A program made the position numbers and the translations under genes. A stretch of DNA of 64,000 nucleotides from Paraspadella gotoi (Eukaryota > Animalia > Chaetognatha), in assembly GCA_051294375.1 (NCBI GenBank), contig CM119266.1:6217431-6281430 (forward strand), given 5' to 3'. The notes beneath the pieces are model-generated. The model saw only the letters and a list, made by a program, of their open reading frames with translations, did no database searches and was not told the origin of the DNA. This document shows, in pieces, positions 56,418 through 64,000 of this stretch (positions are counted from its first letter, which is position 1; each line of letters opens with the position of its first letter).

Positions 56418-57413
56418 GCTGATTATTAATTATTATCGCATACTGAAAATAAAAGGAAAAACGGGACTAAATACTTCGTGAAGAGTTTCCTAAAATTATA
56501 TCGGTTTTACGGTCGAGAAAAAAAATTCTGGAGAAACGGTAGGGAAACAAGTGTTGATTTTTCTTCACGGTGGAGAAGAACTTTCGTGGCTGCACTTCGG
56601 AACCGGCGCCAGGAATTTTTGGATTTCCGAGTCCTTTTCTTTTTTATATCGCGAAGAATAAACAGTTAAATTCTTTTCTTTTTGTAATAATTTTCAAATC
56701 ATCATCACGAGACCTTAAAAGCATCATTCCATATTTTTTTAAGAATAATCACAATCAAATTACATCGAAGTACATTCAGTGGTCATTATCTATATGGTAC
56801 GTAAAGAAGACCTTAGTTTCGGTAATATCAACGTGTTTAAAACTGGCAAAAAAAAAGTGGTACAAAATTATTTTTTTCTAATATATCCTCTTCCGCTTGT
56901 TATCTTATGCGCAAATCAGGAAGGCATGTGAGAAGAAGAGAGCGAACTATCAATAATTGAGACTTGTAATAGTAATTATTTTACACTACAGTTTATAAAA
57001 CAGAACTTCTTCTAAAAAATGGGAAAAAACCATGCAGACGACTTTTAGTATGTTTTTGATTTGAAAAAAACTCAAATTGGTACATTATTTGACTAGTTTT
57101 TATATAAGCAACAATTTTTTCCCTAAATTTAAAACTGGTCCATAATAGTATGAATCTCGGTCAGACATATATATGGTCTTACTACAAAAAGTAATTTACT
57201 TTTTTTTTCATTCACAATCCGTTCGGAATGACATTAGCGAATAATGTTTCGGAGAGAAGCCAAATAAATACAGAACCACAGGTTCGGTCGTTGAAATAAA
57301 AATCGTCACCCCCATACCATAACAGTTTTTTTTTTGTTGTAGTGTTTTTAGTAGTAGCGTCAATGACAAAGTAAAAACTACGAAGAAACGAACGAGACCT
57401 CTCGCGCCCATCG

Positions 57414-59921
<2,508 letters not shown>

Positions 59922-60196
59922 TGCTCTGTCACCCGCGCTCGATCTCTCGATCTCTCGCCTTCGCTTTTATTTATTACCTCGGCAACCGTTACTCTTTTTT
60001 TTTTTAAATTTGTTCCGGAAGCAAAACAAAAATGAAATGATCTTTGTTTTTGTCAAAACAACAAGGCAATCGTAATAAATAACAAGGAGATTCCGTTAAA
60101 TAAACGCCAAGGAAAAAAATACGTAACTGGATAAAAACGTGAAAGTCGAAAATCTGTCGGTGGAACTAAGTCTATATAGTAATTGACAACAACGAT

Positions 60197-61394
60197 TCAA
60201 AAGCTCTTTTCTCTCCGTCGCGCGCAAGTGATCGTCACGTGACCGACGAGCGCCGCCGAGTGACCCAAGAGGGCGCCAACGACACAGGTGACGGGCCATC
60301 GCTGCCAGGGACGGTCCCAGTCCAACGGGATGGGGACGGCGCCCAACCAGAGGCCAAGGAGAGACCCTTTGGCGCAAAGGGAGGCAAGGCCGTCGATGCC
60401 TTGAAGAAAGGAATGAAAATTTTTTTATTCACAAACCCTTATTAACATTGTCTGGAACATGACCAAAAAGGCCAAAGAGTTAAAGCTTGCATTCCTATGC
60501 AATCTAATCTAATTTATTAAGCCATTCCTTTCTTCCTCACTCTCTTTTGGTGAAATCGTGTAATATAATTTCCGCTTCAGTTTTAAAAACACAAGAGGCT
60601 GCTATTGATGACAATATTTGAAGTTGTGAAACCATTTTAAAGGCTACCTTATCGCAACAGCCGGGTTACCTGTGATGCCCATTGGGATGGGGCATTTCAC
60701 AGTTGGCTTTAGGGTTTACCGACCATAAGTGACGCCTCCTGTCACTGGCGCGGTTACTCTAGCACGGTCTCGCTTTGCCAACACAGAGGGTAGTCATTAG
60801 GACTGTGGACCGAACCCTTCCAAGATCTCCGACAACTCCCCCCCTCCCACAACTTCCCGCCAAACCAACCCACGAATCTCTTATCGTCAAAGGCAAAGAC
60901 TGTTCCGAGCCACGCCTCCAACGCAGGGCCACAGACGAGGACGCAGGGCCAGACGCCCAGCGACGCCGCCAGCGTCGCCAGGTGCAGCGTCTCGGCGACG
61001 TCGACAGTGGCTGCAGCGCCGAAGAGGACGATGAAGACGTGGAGAGCAAAGGCGGTGATGAGCATGGTAGCGAGAGTCTGCGGAGGCGGGAAGGAGTAGA
61101 AGATAAATGTCAGCGTTCTATCATTAATCTTGCATCATTTATCACCTTAAACAAATTTCCGAATCGTATTTTAGACTTCTTCGCGGGCGAAGCCCACTGC
61201 GCGACAGAGATGGCGATCCACGCGGCGCCGAAAATCGTCGCCAGGCAACGCGTGCAAGTCAAAGGGTTCGTCACGAGCGGATTGTCGTCTACGAAACCGA
61301 AGGCGATGCCCAGGCCGACGAGGATGGCGGCCGCGGCGCCGGTCGACCAAACGAACGCCAGTCTGTCGGGCAAAGTCGTCGGCAGCGACTCCAT
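60197..61394 (-). CDS. PIGF: GPI anchor biosynthesis protein PIG-F, 219 aa, 3 exons
   Basis: Exons 61394-61146, 61077-60870, 60399-60197 (phases 0,1). Multi-pass hydrophobic protein with [10 protein letters not shown] and the family signature [21 protein letters not shown] in the last exon, a frame absent from the ORF track. Confidence 0.93.
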
Positions 61395-61770
61395 CGCGAA
61401 AGAGTTTTGTTTATTTATCTATGAGATATTCTAACGCGATTCTAACTAATCGGCAATCGTAGGAAATGGCACGAATAAAAGAGCAGAACGAAAAGAATCA
61501 AATCTGAAAGGAGAAAGTGCAACCACCGACCGGTCGATGTGATGAGATCTAAGACAAAAACAAAGAGGCACGAACGCCGAATCAAACGGCGGCGTCGTTT
61601 TTCGATCTTCGGCGCCGAAATTCGTCCTTAAGACGTGATTACTCGCAGTCCGTCGTGACACTGCTTCATTCCCATCTCCGTCCACGGTTTTTTTCAAATC
61701 GTCAACTACGATTTTTTCTTCCTTGACTCAAGGCTTCGGCCTCGTCTTTCCAAAAAGCCGAATTCGCTTT

Positions 61771-61820
61771 CCAATAAGAGAACGAGGCGCGAAATTTCAA
61801 ATAGGATCTTCGCGCGGGTT
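61771..61820. promoter_or_regulatory. Candidate CCAAT plus CDE/E2F-CHR-type promoter elements in a divergent promoter
   Basis: CCAAT at 61771; GGCGCG-AAAT-TTCAAA at 61786-61801; a second TTCGCGCGGG near 61809. Lies between head-to-head PIGF and the 109-aa gene. Confidence 0.35.
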
Positions 61821-62137
61821 GGAAAAAAAGTAGATGCAGCCTTTGACGTAAGATTTTATAAAACCAAATGAAAGATATATATCCAAATAAAAAAGCTTGT
61901 TCTTATCACGAAGTATTGGGCAAGTGTTCTAGACATTTTTCAAAATATAACTATCATTTCTGTCAGGCCGACCTTCAAAAAATGGGACAAGAAAATCCCC
62001 CTGGCTACAACTTGATAAGAAACGATGGTAGCACGCGATCAAACACAAACTCATTGGTTCCCAAATAAAATTCGAAAGGACGAATAAGTAATAGTTTTGA
62101 TTAATCGTTTTTAATTTGTTTGTAACTTTTGGCGGCG

Positions 62138-62664
62138 ATGGCGGGGGCGGAATGCATGCATTGGGAGGCGCGGCGAAGACAACATTGGGTCTACGACGCC
62201 AGAGCCTACCACACGCTGCATAGCAGGTCTAAATGTCCACTTTCTTAAATAAGGAAGACATGGAATTTTTTATTCAATACAAAAAGTATTAATTTTAAAG
62301 TCAGCGAGATCATATTGAAACTTAATGTTCTTTCGTCCAGGCAAATCAACTCCAGCCAAGGTGGCGCTGGCGTCAACGATTTTCGGCCATTGACGGCGCC
62401 GGGTGGATTCGGCGCGGATTCCGCGGCACCGCTCGACGCGATCCGGCGCGTGGGCAGCCCTGATTTAGGAGCCTTTAGGTAAAACGAATCTTTTCTTTTT
62501 CGATGCCCTTTTCTTTTCTCATCTTCGTTAACATCCTTTTCTATCCAAAATTTCCTGGCAGCACCGGAGCGGATCCACCAGAGAGGCCGCACATAGAGAC
62601 TCTCTATTACACTTCCAAAGTCCCCAACAGGTTTAATTCGACCTCGTATCAAGAGCAGTGGTAG
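62138..62664 (+). CDS. Hypothetical 109-aa protein, 3 exons
   Basis: gcgATGG start; exons 62138-62226, 62341-62478, 62562-62664; GT-AG introns, both phase 2; GC-rich exons and AT-rich introns; 330 nt open frame (MAGAECMHWEARRRQHWVYDARAYHTLHSR...RFNSTSYQEQW*). Confidence 0.6.
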
Positions 62665-63055
62665 CATCTGCGCTCTGGCGGAATTGAGACAAACAAAAGA
62701 CATAAGGACAACGGACACGCGCTGGAGGAGTCTGCCAGGCAGCAACTCATTCTTGCGTATTTTTCCCCTTTCACTTCCATTGCCGAATATGGAAGTAGAT
62801 TAACCCTAGCTGTGACTAACTCGCTTTTTTAAAAACTTTTTGGATTGCCTATTTCACTTCTTCACGCTGTAGAAAATATATCAGTACGAGATATGATTAA
62901 AAACGTAACTAAATATTGTTTTCTTTCTTCATCCAAAATCTAGAAAGTAATAAATATAAAATATAGTAGGAGAGACGAAAAAGAATTAATGTTTTTTATT
63001 CGAAGGATCTCTTTAACGGATTCGTCGTAGTTGTTGTTGTCGTCGTCTCCCTTCA

Positions 63056-64000
63056 TCATCTAATTCCCACGGAGGCCTTCAAAGAGGGAAAGTTCGATTC
63101 CAAATCTTGTCCCGCGGATTTGAGGATCGAGTTTAGGTTGTGACTCGCGACATGAGGGATGAAGTCGTTCGAAGCGCGGAGAACCTGGAAGAGGTCGTCA
63201 AGAAAAAGAGGGAAGGGCAAGGATTATTATTATTATTAAATTAATATCAATAATCTATTGAGGAAAGGGAGTGAAGAATAAAAATATAATACGAGAAGAG
63301 TTAACGAATCGTAAACAATTAATATTAATGCAAAAAGGTATAAAGGAACTAACTTGGCCGCAAGTAGGGCAAGACTTCAACCCAGTTTTGCCCAAGAATC
63401 CAGGCGGGATGTGTCGCTGAAGAGCGGCGTGGAGTTCCGTCTGCATCTCGATGTCGGGAAGCAACGCGATCAGTTCTGAGAAAATTCTAAAAAGGGGAAA
63501 TTTTAAATGACAAATATTAAATACTCGTTTAAATTTTATTCACATAAAACATTAAATCACATTAAATTTACCTGATGGTGGCTTCATGTCCGCTGGCGAC
63601 GTTGAAGATGGCCGACGCCTTCCGGAAATAGTCGGCGGCGTCGAGCGCGCCGGATCGAAAGGATGCCGAAAGGTCGATGAATTGCCGGCGCTGCGTCGGC
63701 GTCAAAGTTCGATCAACGTCGGCGAGGAGCCCCGCGTTACGTGACGCGAAATCAGGAGGTTCCGCGTAGCGATAACCTGAAATACAAGGAGAATGCATTA
63801 AGGCGGGCCAAAATAGAACACTTTTTATAACTTCTAGTTCTCTAAAAAAATTCTTTTTTCCTTTTATTACTAAATACAACTTTTTGAATTAGTTCAAATT
63901 TTAAAAATTATTTTCATTTTCATATTCTCTAACAGTCACTTAACTATTATTTATTTGAGAGAACTTCTAGTTTTCAACCTGTTCCGGCCTACTGAGCATG
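63056..64000 (-). CDS. ZNF598: E3 ubiquitin ligase ZNF598/Hel2, C-terminal exons (5' part outside window)
   Basis: Exons 63776-63572, 63486-63354, 63184-63056, plus a probable exon end at ~63979. PPDFASRN..SASFRSG..AADYF, IFSELIALLPDIEMQTEL, CPTCGQVL..H..H and NFPSL match the recalled ZNF598 C-terminus (PENFRERN, VFNELLVLLPDTAKQQEL, CPTCQQVL, DFPSL). Confidence 0.88.

Overview
Eukaryotic (invertebrate animal) genomic DNA, not prokaryotic: spliced genes with GC/CpG-rich exons, short AT-rich introns and many (AG)n/(AAAG)n microsatellites. The first ~25 kb is mostly low-quality, long-read-like gap fill. It holds a ~6.2-kb tandem array of an ~82-bp unit and a noisy inverted copy of 25.3-27.6 kb, and ends at a 25-N gap. 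The remainder is clean and gene-dense; exon models were built by hand with phase-matched splice sites. In order: an orphan single-pass membrane protein (-); a compact LRRC8/VRAC-like channel (+); CED-6/GULP1 (-) with an intronic tRNA-Ala(CGC) and a tRNA-derived SINE-like element; a GH18 chitinase with two CBM14 domains (+); a C2H2 zinc-finger protein (-); NMT (-); PIGF (-); an orphan 109-aa gene (+); and the 3' end of ZNF598 (-). Top observations: (1) the LRRC8-like channel has only a few LRRs and a short pannexin-like first extracellular loop with Trp at the Panx1-W74/LRRC8A-R103 position; (2) the chitinase appears to need a non-canonical GA-AG intron. Family calls come from recalled motifs, not database searches; the species is unknown.
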